A stretch of DNA of 64,000 nucleotides from an uncultured Gemmatimonadaceae bacterium (GTDB lineage: Bacteria > Gemmatimonadota > Gemmatimonadetes > Gemmatimonadales > Gemmatimonadaceae). Within the stretch, counting starts at the first letter, position 1; each line of letters opens with the position of its first letter. This document shows positions 1 to 9,870 of this stretch, one piece after another. The position numbers were made by a program, and so were the translations under genes. The notes under the pieces are model-generated. The model had not been told where the DNA came from, did not search any database, and was given only the letters and a program-made list of their open reading frames with translations. Location: contig CAWGJO010000006.1 in the NCBI GenBank assembly GCA_963822945.1, positions 1 through 64,000 on the forward strand, written 5' to 3'.

Positions 1-31
1 GGAGCAGATAGAGCAACCGAACGAAGTAGAT

Positions 32-1237
32 GTGGAGAAGGGTCGACATCGTGTAGGGCTGGCGCTCGCCCTGCTGCTGATGCCGGTGATGGTCGATCTG
101 CACCTCATGGTGCTGAGCGAGCCGTTGTTTCTGGCGTTGATCGCGTTGACGCTGGCGACGATGGTGGCGGCGCCCGACACTCCGGTCGCGGCCGGGGTGT
201 GCGCGGCCGGCGCATTGGCCGTTCGGTATTCCGGCATCGGGGTGGTGGCCGGCGTGGTCGTGTGGGCGCTGTTGGGCAGCGGTCCGCTGAAGGCGCGGCT
301 GCGGCGCGCAGCGTGGGCGCTCGCGCCGACTCTCGTGCTGGGGTTGGCGGGGGTCGTCGGGGTGCGTTCCGCCGGCGGGGTCGTCACCCGGCATCTCGGA
401 TTCTACGGTGGCCTGCCGGGCGTTCTGGCCGACGGTGGCGCGACGCTGGCGCAATGGCTGGTGCCGACGGCCCGGCCGGCCGCGTGGGTGTGGTGGCTCG
501 CACTGCCGGCCGCGGTGGTGGTCGCAGCGGTGGTGGCCGCCGGGGCGCGACGCGCGCGGCGTCTGTGGCAGCTGCTGCCGCAGGATCTGCCGATGCAGAG
601 TTCGACCAACGTGCCGCAGTTGGTCGCGGCGCGCGTGTTGGGCGCGGGCGCGGTGCTGGGCGTGGCGTACGCGGCGGGGCTCGTTGGCGCACGCCTGTTC
701 GTCGACGGGTCGTTCACCTTCGACGCGCGGCTGATGGCGCCCCTGATCATGATCGTGTCGTTGGCGTTCGCGGTGGCCGCGGCCACCTGGTGGCGGTCCG
801 CCGGCCGGCTCCCGCGGCTGGGGCTCGCGATGCTCCTGCTGGTATGGGGCGGAGCGTCGCTGGCGGCGACGCAGAGCCGCGTGCACGAGTCGATGACCTA
901 CGGCCTGGACTTCGCGGGCGATGCGTGGCGTGCGTCCCCGCTGCTGGAGTGGGTGCGGGCCGACGGGAGTCGCCGGCCGCTGTATTCCAACTGGCCGTCG
1001 CTGGCGTATCTGTATCTCGATCGCCCGGCGCGCGGGGTGCCGACGTCGGGCGATGGGGACACGTTGCGGGCGTTCGGCGACAGTGTGGCCGCGCACGACG
1101 GCGTGGTGCTCGCGTTCAGCGTGCGCAACCCGGCATACGTCGCGGTCGAGTCGCTCGTCGCGGGCTCCGGGCTCCGGGTGCTGGCCACGTATCCCGGCGG
1201 CCAGGTGCTGGGGCGCGCCGCGGATCGGGCGCGCTGA
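32..1237 (+). CDS. Polytopic membrane protein, GT-C/ArnT-like; probably 5'-truncated
   Basis: Many hydrophobic helices, LSEPLF and VRYSG motifs, soluble C-terminal domain. First ~9 codons derive from suspect sequence. Confidence 0.55.
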   Translation: MEKGRHRVGLALALLLMPVMVDLHLMVLSEPLFLALIALTLATMVAAPDTPVAAGVCAAGALAVRYSGIGVVAGVVVWALLGSGPLKARLRRAAWALAPTLVLGLAGVVGVRSAGGVVTRHLGFYGGLPGVLADGGATLAQWLVPTARPAAWVWWLALPAAVVVAAVVAAGARRARRLWQLLPQDLPMQSSTNVPQLVAARVLGAGAVLGVAYAAGLVGARLFVDGSFTFDARLMAPLIMIVSLAFAVAAATWWRSAGRLPRLGLAMLLLVWGGASLAATQSRVHESMTYGLDFAGDAWRASPLLEWVRADGSRRPLYSNWPSLAYLYLDRPARGVPTSGDGDTLRAFGDSVAAHDGVVLAFSVRNPAYVAVESLVAGSGLRVLATYPGGQVLGRAADRAR

Positions 1238-1240
1238 CGA

Positions 1241-1854
1241 TCAGCGCAGGTCGACGCCCACGCGGAGTCCGGCGCGGGCGTCCGGGTGGACGAAGAAGTC
1301 GGCGAAGCGCCCATCGCGCTCGATGCGGATTACGTGCATGAGCGCCACGCCCCCGTAGATGAGGGAGATCTGTACCGAGGTGAGGCCGGACGTCCGCCGC
1401 ATGAAGGCGACGTCGCTCACGGTTCCCGTGCGGCCGAGGGTGAGATAGAACGCCGTGGTGGCGATGCCGCCCATGAGCACGCCCCGTTGGAAGGGGCCGC
1501 CGCCATGATGGGGATCGTCGAGGATCGCCTCGTCCACCATGGCCTGCACGTCGAGCCCGGCGCTCGAGAACATGAACTGCTTGTGCGGGTGCAGTTCGGG
1601 ATCGATGCCGGAGAACACCGTCGGCCGGCCGTGGTCGAGGCCGAAGGTCGGACGGGCGCCCTGGAGGAGCGCGGCGGTGATGTGACCGCCCTCGTGGGCG
1701 AGGATGCTGGTGGCGAATCCGGCCCAGAAGCGCTTCCACGAACCGCGGTGGTGTGCCGGCGCCGGCGCGGGCCCGGGCGTCTGCGCCGCCGCGGCGGCGG
1801 GAGGAGCATGGCGAGTGCGACGGCGGCCCGGAGGGCGCGGCGGGGGCGGACCAT
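1241..1854 (-). CDS. Exported hypothetical protein with HEXXH motif (frameshift ~1800)
   Basis: Signal peptide MVRPRRALRAAVALAMLLP in one frame continues as AAAAQTPG...SILAHEGGH in ORF 1241..1975. Confidence 0.6.
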
Positions 1855-1942
1855 TACGGTGCGGACTCGGAACGCATAGTATCCGGGCATGAGGTGGCCG
1901 CCCCGCCGGCGGCGGCGCGGTCGTGCCAGAGGGAGGAACTCC

Positions 1943-2236
1943 ATGCCTGCAAAACTTTCGGACGTCGAGATCCAACGGTCACTGGGCACGCTCTCCGGTT
2001 GGGCGAGACGCGGCGATGCATTGGCCAAGACGTTCACCTTTTCGCGGTTCGCCGACGGCATCGCGTTCGTGGCGAAGCTGGCCGGGATGGCCGACGCCAT
2101 GGATCACCATCCCGACATCGATATTCGCTACACGAAGGTGACGTTCACGCTGTCCACGCACTCCGCGGGCGGGATCACGCAACTGGATCTCGATCTGGCC
2201 GCGAAGATCGAGCAGGGGTTCGGCGCCGCGCCGTAG
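1943..2236 (+). CDS. phhB: Pterin-4-alpha-carbinolamine dehydratase
   Basis: DHHPDI and LSTHSAGGITQLD motifs; GGAGG RBS before ATG 1943. Confidence 0.92.
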   Translation: MPAKLSDVEIQRSLGTLSGWARRGDALAKTFTFSRFADGIAFVAKLAGMADAMDHHPDIDIRYTKVTFTLSTHSAGGITQLDLDLAAKIEQGFGAAP

Positions 2237-2275
2237 CGATCAGGCGCGGCCGGCACGAGGCCCGCGCCCTGCCGC

Positions 2276-2974
2276 TCAACGACGCCGGTCGCCGCCGCTC
2301 ACCAGGCTCAGGATGAACAGGAACAGATTGAGCAGGTCGAGGAAGATCGTGACGGCGGCGATCACGTAGTCCTGATCGCCGAACTGCCCCGAGCGCGTGA
2401 TGCGCCAGGTGTCGAATACCAGCAGTCCCGCGAACACGAATACGCCGCCCCCGGCGATCCACATCGACCCGGCCGCGCCCATGCTTGGGAAGAAGAATCC
2501 GATCAGCATGGTGGCGATCAGCACCCACAGGCCCACCGTGAAGAATCCGCCCCACGCGCTGAAGTCGCGGCGGCTGAACACCGCGTACAGCGTCAGCACC
2601 CCGAACGTGGAGAAGGTGAGCAGTCCCGCTTCGGCCAGCACGCCCGGTTGCATCTTGGCGTAGAACACCAGCATCGGGGCCAGCCAGATGCCGACGATGA
2701 AGGTGAACAGCAACGTGAGGATGATGTTGCGCGGGTAGCTCCGCGCCTGCGACTGCGCCATCATCAACGGGATGAACCAGCAGATGGCGGTGATGAACGG
2801 ATGCGCCGCCACGGCGTTCATCAGCGACAGCTGCGTGGTGGTGAAGGCGGCGCCGAAGAGCGTGACGACGACCCCCACGAACACCAGCCCGTAGGTGCGG
2901 CGCACCAGCGTCGCGCGCTCCACGCCGGAGAGGACCCGGGGGGCGGTACCGACCGCGTATCGCGAGAAACCCAT
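2276..2974 (-). CDS. Bax inhibitor-1/YccA family membrane protein
   Basis: About 7 TM helices; FDTWRI and IFLDLLNLFLFIL C-terminal signature; AGGAG RBS. Confidence 0.9.
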   Translation of the reverse strand: MGFSRYAVGTAPRVLSGVERATLVRRTYGLVFVGVVVTLFGAAFTTTQLSLMNAVAAHPFITAICWFIPLMMAQSQARSYPRNIILTLLFTFIVGIWLAPMLVFYAKMQPGVLAEAGLLTFSTFGVLTLYAVFSRRDFSAWGGFFTVGLWVLIATMLIGFFFPSMGAAGSMWIAGGGVFVFAGLLVFDTWRITRSGQFGDQDYVIAAVTIFLDLLNLFLFILSLVSGGDRRR

Positions 2975-3084
2975 GATTCGAACGGACTCCTGAGAGAGAA
3001 AAACCCTGCCTCCAATTGTACCCGGCCACGGGGGCCTGGTGCCAGTGGAGGCAGGGGGGTGAGCGGAGCGGGGCCGCGCAAATC

Positions 3085-3882
3085 TTAGTGTTTGCGCAAC
3101 TCCACGTTGCCGTTCACGGTGCGCATGGTGATCATCGGTCCGCCCTTGCCCAGGGTGGCGCGCAGGTGGCGCGGGTCGATACGCCCGCTCAACGTGACGG
3201 GAAAGTCGGTGGTGAACCGTCCGTTCACCGTGCTCAACTCGACATCGGCGTTCACGTCGTTCGGCAGTTCCACAACCACCGACCCGTTGACGGTGCTGAA
3301 CCGCATGTCCTGCGTGGGCCGGTAGTGCAGCATGGCGGCGTGCACAGAGCCGTTCACGCTGCTGGCCGACACCGGGCCGCCGTCCGTCTCCACGTTCACC
3401 CGTCCGTTGACGGTGTGGGCCCGCACCTCCGACGTCACGCCGGTGACCGTCACCTCGGAGTTGACGGTGTGCGCCCCGATCTTCACGCCGGCGGGCACGC
3501 CGATGTCGAAGTCCACGGCGATCTGGTTGCTCCGGTCGCGCCGGTCGTTGCGCGACTCGTAGCCCGTGGGCGAGCAGCTCGCGTCGTCGCCCCACAGCGC
3601 GCAGACGAGCACGTTTTGCTTGTCGTCGCCGTAGCGCTGGACGTCGTAGCGGACGTAGGCCGGGTCACCGCGCCGCACGTGCTTGGTGGCGGTGACGGTC
3701 ACGCTGTCGCCGCCGGCGCTGTGGACGGTCACGCGGCCGTTGAGGCTGCGGATGTTGATCCACCCGCCGGCGGGGATCTTCCACGCCCAGTGGGTGGTGG
3801 TCTCCTCGCTGTTCTGCGCACGCGCCGCGGCGCCGGGAATTCCGGCGGCCAGCAGCGCGGCCATGGCGATCAATCGACGCAT
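3085..3882 (-). CDS. DUF4097 family beta-strand repeat exported protein
   Basis: Signal peptide; repeated TVNG units. Confidence 0.85.
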   Translation of the reverse strand: MRRLIAMAALLAAGIPGAAARAQNSEETTTHWAWKIPAGGWINIRSLNGRVTVHSAGGDSVTVTATKHVRRGDPAYVRYDVQRYGDDKQNVLVCALWGDDASCSPTGYESRNDRRDRSNQIAVDFDIGVPAGVKIGAHTVNSEVTVTGVTSEVRAHTVNGRVNVETDGGPVSASSVNGSVHAAMLHYRPTQDMRFSTVNGSVVVELPNDVNADVELSTVNGRFTTDFPVTLSGRIDPRHLRATLGKGGPMITMRTVNGNVELRKH

Positions 3883-3914
3883 AACACGAATCCTACTTGA
3901 GAGACGTCAAACTG

Positions 3915-4685
3915 TCACTTCAGGGCGCGGAGCCGCACGTCGCCGCTCACCGTGGAAACGGAGAACTCGCGGCCACCCGTGCCGATGCTGGCGTTGATGC
4001 TGCGGCGTCCCATGCGGCCGCTGAGGGTGAGCGGGAAGTCGGTATCGAGGTCCCCGCTCACGGTGGACATCGAGAAGTCGGCATTGAGGCCGGTGGGTAC
4101 GGACACCGTCACGTCGCCGCTCACGCTGCGGAAGTGCAGGGGGCCGTCGCCGGAGAGCTCGGTGATGCCGGCATCCACGTCCCCGCTCACGGTGGTGGCG
4201 CGCACGGCGGTGGCATGGAGATTCCGGAGCGTGACGTCGCCGCTCACGGTGGCGGCGCGCACGTCCCCGTGCGCGCCGTCGATCCGGATGTCGCCGCTCA
4301 CGGAACCCGCCTCGGCCACCATGCTCGCCGGCAGTTTGACCGTCACGTCCATGCTGCCGTGGTTGCCCCAGCGCCGGTCGTGCGAATGCATGTGCGAGCC
4401 GTCCTCGTCGCACGACTCGTCGGTGTCGTGCCACAGCACGCATACGACCACCTTGCCCGAGTACTCCTTCACCACCGTGTACACGTTGGCATCCGATCCG
4501 TGCCGCATGGCGGTGACTTCCACCGTGCTGCCGCTGCCCGGCAGATACGTGATGTCACCGTTGATGTTGTGCACCGAGACGACGGTGCCCGCCGCCTCCG
4601 ACTTGGACCACTGGAAGTCGCTGCGCTGGGCGCCGGCCGTGCTGCCGACGAGGGCGAGAAAGGAGAGTCCGAGCAGTGCGCGCAT
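3915..4685 (-). CDS. DUF4097 family beta-strand repeat exported protein
   Basis: Signal peptide MRALLGLSFLAL; repeated (T/S)VSGD units. Confidence 0.85.
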   Translation of the reverse strand: MRALLGLSFLALVGSTAGAQRSDFQWSKSEAAGTVVSVHNINGDITYLPGSGSTVEVTAMRHGSDANVYTVVKEYSGKVVVCVLWHDTDESCDEDGSHMHSHDRRWGNHGSMDVTVKLPASMVAEAGSVSGDIRIDGAHGDVRAATVSGDVTLRNLHATAVRATTVSGDVDAGITELSGDGPLHFRSVSGDVTVSVPTGLNADFSMSTVSGDLDTDFPLTLSGRMGRRSINASIGTGGREFSVSTVSGDVRLRALK

Positions 4686-4737
4686 GGGAGTCGGGAGTTG
4701 GAGGTGACCGGGGAATGAACGTTGGGCGGGCGTCATG

Positions 4738-5655
4738 TCAGCGCCCGCCGCGATGACGAATCACGATGTCCCCGCCGAACGATTCGGCGGTGATCCGCGC
4801 CTCGCCGCTGCCGATGGTGAAGGTGAAGCGCTTGCTGGTGGCGACGCCGATGTCGTGTTCACCCGGCTGCAGCGTGATCGGGAAGTCGCTGTCGATGGAA
4901 CCGTTCCAGGTGGAGACGGTGAGTTGGGCGCTGGCGCCCGCCGGGATGTCGAGCGAAACGTCGCCGGAGTGGGTGGTGAACTGGTAGCGGCCGGCGGGAT
5001 CGATCGAGCCGTCGAAGGTGACGTCGCCGCTCGTGGTCTGGGCGCTCACCGATTGGGACGTGACGTGCCGGAGCGTCAGATCGCCGCTGACCGACGCGAC
5101 GTCCACGTTGCCGGCGACGCCGGTGAGCGACACGTCGCCGCTCACGCTGTTGGCCGACACCGTGCCCTTGAGTTGCGCCGCCGTGATGTCGCCGGAGAGC
5201 GTGTTGAAGTCCACGTGGCCGGACGCGTTCTCGACGGTCACGTCGCCGGTCTGGGTGTGGGCCGATACGTCGCCCCCGGTGCCGCGGATCGAGACGTCGC
5301 CGTTCATGGTCTGCGCGGTCACGCGCACGCCGGCCGGCACCGTCACCTCGATACGCCCGTCGTCGGATGCGTCGGAGGCATCCAGCGATACACGGTTCCC
5401 GGAGGCGTCGAAGCGCAGGCGGCCACGTTCGGTGGCGGCGCGCACGTGCACGGTGTTGCCGGAGCCGGTGGTGACGAAGATGTTGCCCCGGCGCGCCGAG
5501 AGCGCCACCACGCCGCCCGTGGCGATGGTGACGGTGGTGTCGATGCGGTCGGCGCCGCGGCGGACGAACACGCGGCCGTCGTCCCGGCGGTCCTGGGCCG
5601 AGGCCGGCGCCGCGACGGCGACGAGAAGCAGAGCAGCGAACAGTGTATGGCGCAT
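4738..5655 (-). CDS. DUF4097 family beta-strand repeat exported protein
   Basis: Signal peptide; repeated SGD/TGD/NGD units. Confidence 0.85.
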   Translation of the reverse strand: MRHTLFAALLLVAVAAPASAQDRRDDGRVFVRRGADRIDTTVTIATGGVVALSARRGNIFVTTGSGNTVHVRAATERGRLRFDASGNRVSLDASDASDDGRIEVTVPAGVRVTAQTMNGDVSIRGTGGDVSAHTQTGDVTVENASGHVDFNTLSGDITAAQLKGTVSANSVSGDVSLTGVAGNVDVASVSGDLTLRHVTSQSVSAQTTSGDVTFDGSIDPAGRYQFTTHSGDVSLDIPAGASAQLTVSTWNGSIDSDFPITLQPGEHDIGVATSKRFTFTIGSGEARITAESFGGDIVIRHRGGR

Positions 5656-5664
5656 TTGAGGGTC

Positions 5665-6444
5665 CTAGGTGGCCGACGGCAGTCCGGCCGTCATCCGCAT
5701 GAGCTGAACCTTGATGTCGAGCGACTGGCTGAGCGACTGCATGAGGAACTTGCTGTTCGGATCCTTGGCCAGCGCGGTCTTGCACTGGGCGATGGCCGAA
5801 TCGATGACCGCGAGATTGCGTTCGAGCACGGCCACGGTGGCGGTGTCGAGCTGGCTGTGCCGCTGGCTGATGATGGCGCGCAGGCCGGCGATCTCGCCGT
5901 CGTACGACTTCTCGATGGCGGCAGGTGTGGCTTCCGCCGCGCGGTTGGCGGCCAGGCGGGCCCGCGTGCTCTCCGTGGGCCGCGGTGCCGGAGCCGGCAT
6001 TTGCGACGGAGGCACGGCGAGCGCGGTGTCGCTGGGCGGCGCGTTCGTGGCCGCGACGTGGACGGCCGGCGTCGCCGGAGCGACGGGGGACCGGTGCAGC
6101 GCACGGTACCCCAGCCCCGCCGCCAGCAGTAGTGCGGCAGCCGCAGCGAGACCGCCCAGTCGCGGCGATTTCCAGAAGGGCCGGCGGTCGGCCAGGCCGA
6201 CCACCGGGGTCTCGATGCGCTCGGCGATGCCCTGCCAGAGGTCGCGGGACGGCGTGAGCGTGGGGAGCTGCGACGCCACATGGCTCACCGCCCGCAGATC
6301 GGCGAGCAGCGCCCCGCACGCCGCGCACCGGCGCGCGTGCGCCTCCAGGGCGGCGCGTGTCGCGCCGTCCAGGTCGCCCTCCAGCAAGTCCATCAGCCGG
6401 TCGGCGAAGATCTCGCAGGTGATCGTGGGAGTGGTGCCGCTCAT
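5665..6444 (-). CDS. Anti-sigma factor with zf-HC2 domain, single TM and helical C-terminal domain
   Basis: HARRCAAC (HxxxCxxC); TM LAAAAALLLAAGL; ATGA overlap with the sigma gene. Confidence 0.85.
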   Translation of the reverse strand: MSGTTPTITCEIFADRLMDLLEGDLDGATRAALEAHARRCAACGALLADLRAVSHVASQLPTLTPSRDLWQGIAERIETPVVGLADRRPFWKSPRLGGLAAAAALLLAAGLGYRALHRSPVAPATPAVHVAATNAPPSDTALAVPPSQMPAPAPRPTESTRARLAANRAAEATPAAIEKSYDGEIAGLRAIISQRHSQLDTATVAVLERNLAVIDSAIAQCKTALAKDPNSKFLMQSLSQSLDIKVQLMRMTAGLPSAT

Positions 6445-7011
6445 CGGTTCAATGCCTCTCGCAAAGAGGAGCCGGGCCCGGTGCAGCTGGGCCTTGGTGG
6501 CTCCGGTGGTCACGCCGAGCATCTCGGCGATCTCTTCGTGCTTGTACCCTTCCACGTCGTGCAACGTGAACACCCGCCGCGCGCCGGGTGGGAGCCGCGT
6601 CATCGCTTCCTCGAGGTCGAGCAGGTCGCCCGGCTGGAGCGTGGAACCCACCGTGCCCGCGTGGGCGTCCATCCCCCGCTCCTCGTCCTCCTCCTCGAAC
6701 CGCGCCTGCCGGCGGGAATCCGTCTTCCGTGCATTCAGCACGACGTTCACGGCCAGCCGGTGCAGCCAGGTGGAGAAGGAACTGTCCCCGCGAAAGAGCT
6801 TCAGCTTGTCCCATGCGCGGACGAAGACGTCCTGCGTGAGCTCCTCGGCGCGCGCCCGGTCGGCGACCATGCGTGCACAGAGCGAGAACACCCGGTCGAC
6901 GTGTTGCCGGTACAGCCGCTCGAACGCCGCCCGATCACCCGCCGCGGCGCGTGCCGCGTCGGCGTCGGACGGTCGGGGTGTCGGCGATTCGAGTATGGCC
7001 ACAGCGGTCAT
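6441..7011 (-). CDS. ECF-type RNA polymerase sigma-70 factor (one extra base near the stop)
   Basis: AEELTQDVF, FSTWLHRLAVN, EEIAEMLG...KAQLHRAR. Removing one T near 6463 gives LLLREALNR-stop. Confidence 0.92.
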
Positions 7012-7117
7012 GCGTCGTCGGTCTCCGTCCGTACAGCGGATCAGATACTCGACGCGGGCAAAAGGTTGGAACCCCGGCCCGGGCGCGTTCCCGGCCGGCT
7101 TGTGGGTGTGCGGGGGC

Positions 7118-7804
7118 CTACGCCGGCCCCCGCGCCCCGGTTTCGGGGGGGGCCGCGGCCAGCCGGGCCGCAAGTGTGGGGAGATCCCCCACGCGGTCCA
7201 GGTAGTAGCGGGGGGCGCTGGGGAGCAGGTCCTCCCGTGTGAATGGGCCCCAGAGCGCGGCCACCGTGGCGACGCCCGCCGCGTTTCCGGCGTGCATGTC
7301 GTGCACCGAGTCGCCCACGAACATGGCCCGGCCGGGGGTGGCGCCCAGGCGGTCCAGGGCCACCCGCACGGGCTCCGGATCGGGCTTGTGCTTCTGGGTG
7401 GAGTCGGCGCCGACGATGGTATCCACGAACTCGAGCAGCCCCACTTGGTCGAGGCCGCGTTCGGAGAGTTCCACCGACTTGCTGGTGACGATGCCGATGG
7501 GGTGTCCGGCGTCGCGGAGGGCCTCCAGCGTTTCGGAGGCGCCCGCATACGGACGGAGGAGCCGGTCGTGGTGCTCGAGCTGGAATTCGCGGTAGGCCGC
7601 GATGAACCGATCCACCTCGGCGGGGGAGTCGGCAAACCGTTGGAAGGTGTTCCGGAGCGGCGTGCCGAGCCAGCGGAGCCACTCGGCGTCGCTGGGGGTG
7701 GTGAGGCCGCGCGACTCGAAGGCGTACGTCTTGGAGCGCAGGATCAACTCGACGGAATCGATGAGCGTGCCGTCGAGGTCGAACAGGATGGTGAGTGGTT
7801 TCAT
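7118..7804 (-). CDS. HAD-IA family hydrolase (PpaX/phosphoglycolate phosphatase-like)
   Basis: FDLDGTLIDS, KPDPEP and VGDSVHD motifs. Confidence 0.9.
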   Translation of the reverse strand: MKPLTILFDLDGTLIDSVELILRSKTYAFESRGLTTPSDAEWLRWLGTPLRNTFQRFADSPAEVDRFIAAYREFQLEHHDRLLRPYAGASETLEALRDAGHPIGIVTSKSVELSERGLDQVGLLEFVDTIVGADSTQKHKPDPEPVRVALDRLGATPGRAMFVGDSVHDMHAGNAAGVATVAALWGPFTREDLLPSAPRYYLDRVGDLPTLAARLAAAPPETGARGPA

Positions 7805-7866
7805 GCGTCGGGGTGCGGGTTCTGCGAAGACTAGCCGCACCGGGCGGCGGGCGCGACCGGGCGGGA

Positions 7867-8703
7867 TCAGCGCCGGCCGGGCACCGAATCGGCAGGCACG
7901 CTGCCGCGCTTCCAGTCGTAGACGATCCCGGGCTTGAGCGTGATGAACAGGGCGTTCCGGACGCCGAAGCCCGGCATCGACGTGTCGCGACAGTCGAGGT
8001 AGCGCACCTCGGCGACGTCCTGGGGCCTGATATTGGCGAGCACCGACTCGGGATCGAGATGGCGTGGGGCCACGTGCGAGGGTTGGTGCGTGACGTGGCC
8101 TGCCATGTCCACCTGCACGCGGCCGATGGGCGCGATGGGGCCGTCCGTCTTGGGCCCGAACTGCTCGTGGACACCATTCACCCATATGTTGGCGGTTGGG
8201 CCGCACAGGTGGATGTCGTTGTACAGCATGTTCGGCCTTAGATCGCGGATGACGTCGTAGATGTTCGTGACCGGGCGGTGGAGGCGCGCGATCATCGTCG
8301 AGTCGATGACGTAGTCGTCCGAGCGCGCGCGGGCTTCGACGTGGACGGTGTCCAGCGTCGGCGGTATGCGGGCCAGGGTCAGCGCAATGTTCACGGTGTC
8401 GCCCGGCGCGGCGCGCACGAGGCGCGTGGTGGGGAGGTACCCGACGCGCCGCGCGGTGATGCGGTACAGCCCGCTGTCGATGCGGAAGGTGAAGGCGTAC
8501 CGCCCGGCGCTGTTGGTGACGCCGGCGAGCACCACACTGTCACGTCCCCATATGATCGCCACACCGACGTCTGCCATCGGCGCGTTCCCCGTATCGGACA
8601 CCTGGGTTCGGACCACGACGGGTGCCGGCTTCTGGGCGCGGGTGGCGGCTGGGAGCGCGAGCAGGATCGCGGCGGGGAGGAGGCGTGCGAGCCGGGCGGG
8701 CAT
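7867..8703 (-). CDS. Exported protein with carboxypeptidase regulatory-like domain and plug-like region
   Basis: Signal peptide; TNSAGRY...YRITARRVGY...LDTVHVEA. Confidence 0.7.
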   Translation of the reverse strand: MPARLARLLPAAILLALPAATRAQKPAPVVVRTQVSDTGNAPMADVGVAIIWGRDSVVLAGVTNSAGRYAFTFRIDSGLYRITARRVGYLPTTRLVRAAPGDTVNIALTLARIPPTLDTVHVEARARSDDYVIDSTMIARLHRPVTNIYDVIRDLRPNMLYNDIHLCGPTANIWVNGVHEQFGPKTDGPIAPIGRVQVDMAGHVTHQPSHVAPRHLDPESVLANIRPQDVAEVRYLDCRDTSMPGFGVRNALFITLKPGIVYDWKRGSVPADSVPGRR

Positions 8704-8757
8704 GGTCGCCAGTATGCGGGCCGGGTCGGCGTGCCGCAACGCCGGGCGGCGGTACGA

Positions 8758-8804
8758 GAAAACGAAACGGCCGGCCCGGGTTTTCCCGAGCCGGCCGCCT
8801 TCGT
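8758..8804 (-). terminator. Intrinsic terminator of the csp gene
   Basis: Minus strand CGGCCGGCTCGGG-AAAA-CCCGGGCCGGCCG followed by TTTCGTTTT. Confidence 0.8.
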
Positions 8805-8828
8805 GTGCCCCCGAAGGGGCGGTTGGCC

Positions 8829-9041
8829 TTAGCGGCCGAGCTTGGTGACGTTCTCCGCCGCGGGGCCCTTCTGGCCCTGGACGACGTCAAACTCGACCCG
8901 CTCACCCTCGGCCAGCGACTTGAAGCCACTGCCCTGGATGGCGGAGTGGTGGACGAAGCAATCCTTCTGCCCGTCTTCCGGCGTGATAAAGCCGAAGCCC
9001 TTCGCGTCGTTGAACCACTTCACTGTGCCGGTCGTACGCAT
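8829..9041 (-). CDS. cspA: Cold-shock protein (CspA family)
   Basis: [15 protein letters not shown] (RNP1) and CFVHHSAI (RNP2); AGGAG RBS. Confidence 0.95.
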   Translation of the reverse strand: MRTTGTVKWFNDAKGFGFITPEDGQKDCFVHHSAIQGSGFKSLAEGERVEFDVVQGQKGPAAENVTKLGR

Positions 9042-9473
9042 TGCGGTACTCCTGTGTGTTGTTGTGGTCGGAGTCCGGATATGGCCGTACGTGCCGACTA
9101 CAATGTTCGTGACCAAAGCCCTCACGATGGGCGGTGTTCCCGCCACGCCGGACACTCGCCGGACGTAACGCGCGACATCGAACAACAGGAATGGACCCGG
9201 CGAATGCCAGGTTCCGAGCTGCTCGTGGAACGTGTCGTACCAAGGGTACGAAATCGCTGGCCATAACCTAGGGTGGCGCCAGAAGGGGCGCAACGGGGAA
9301 CAACGGGGCGTATTCTGTCCGCTGAACCCCCACGCGGGTGTCGTGACTTGGAGGATGGCGTACGGCCCCCCATCAGACGCATACTATGAATAACCATGTC
9401 CGCTGGCCGGCCCCTCGGATGGGGGTCGGCGCCTGAGTGAGGTGCCAGCGCGACGCTTGCTCCGGAGGGATGG

Positions 9474-9870
9474 ATGACCGATTTCAGGTCGGGGCACAAC
9501 GCGAGCGACGCCGGCGAGTTCGGATCCGCCGCGGTGCACGATCCCAAGGGGTTCGCCGCGTCCGCGTCCCGGACCATCGGCGCCGAGGTGGAGCGGGTAT
9601 TCGCCGCATGGACCGACGAACGGAAGCGCCGCCAATGGCTGCGCAACGATGAACTCGAAGTGACCGAGTCGACCCCGACCGTGTCGCTGCACGGCACGTG
9701 GGCGGCCTCCACGTTGCGCGTGTTCTTCATGCCGCGGGGGCCCTCCCGCACGACATGTGACCGTGGACCAGGAGGACCTGTCCACGGGGCGCAAGGCGGA
9801 GCAGATGAAGAAGTTCTGGCAGGCGCGGCTTGCCCGGCTGGCCGCGGGGCTCGAGGCCACGCGCCGTTGA
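9474..9870 (+). CDS. SRPBCC-like hypothetical protein (frameshift ~9757)
   Basis: SRTIGAEVERVFAAWTD; continues as DQEDL...MKKFWQARLARL-stop in another frame. Confidence 0.6.

Noticed and set aside
5665..7635. 656-aa sigma/anti-sigma fusion ORF
   Set aside because: Removing one T in CTCTTTGCG restores LLLREALNR-TGA overlapping the anti-sigma ATG; most likely an indel artefact.
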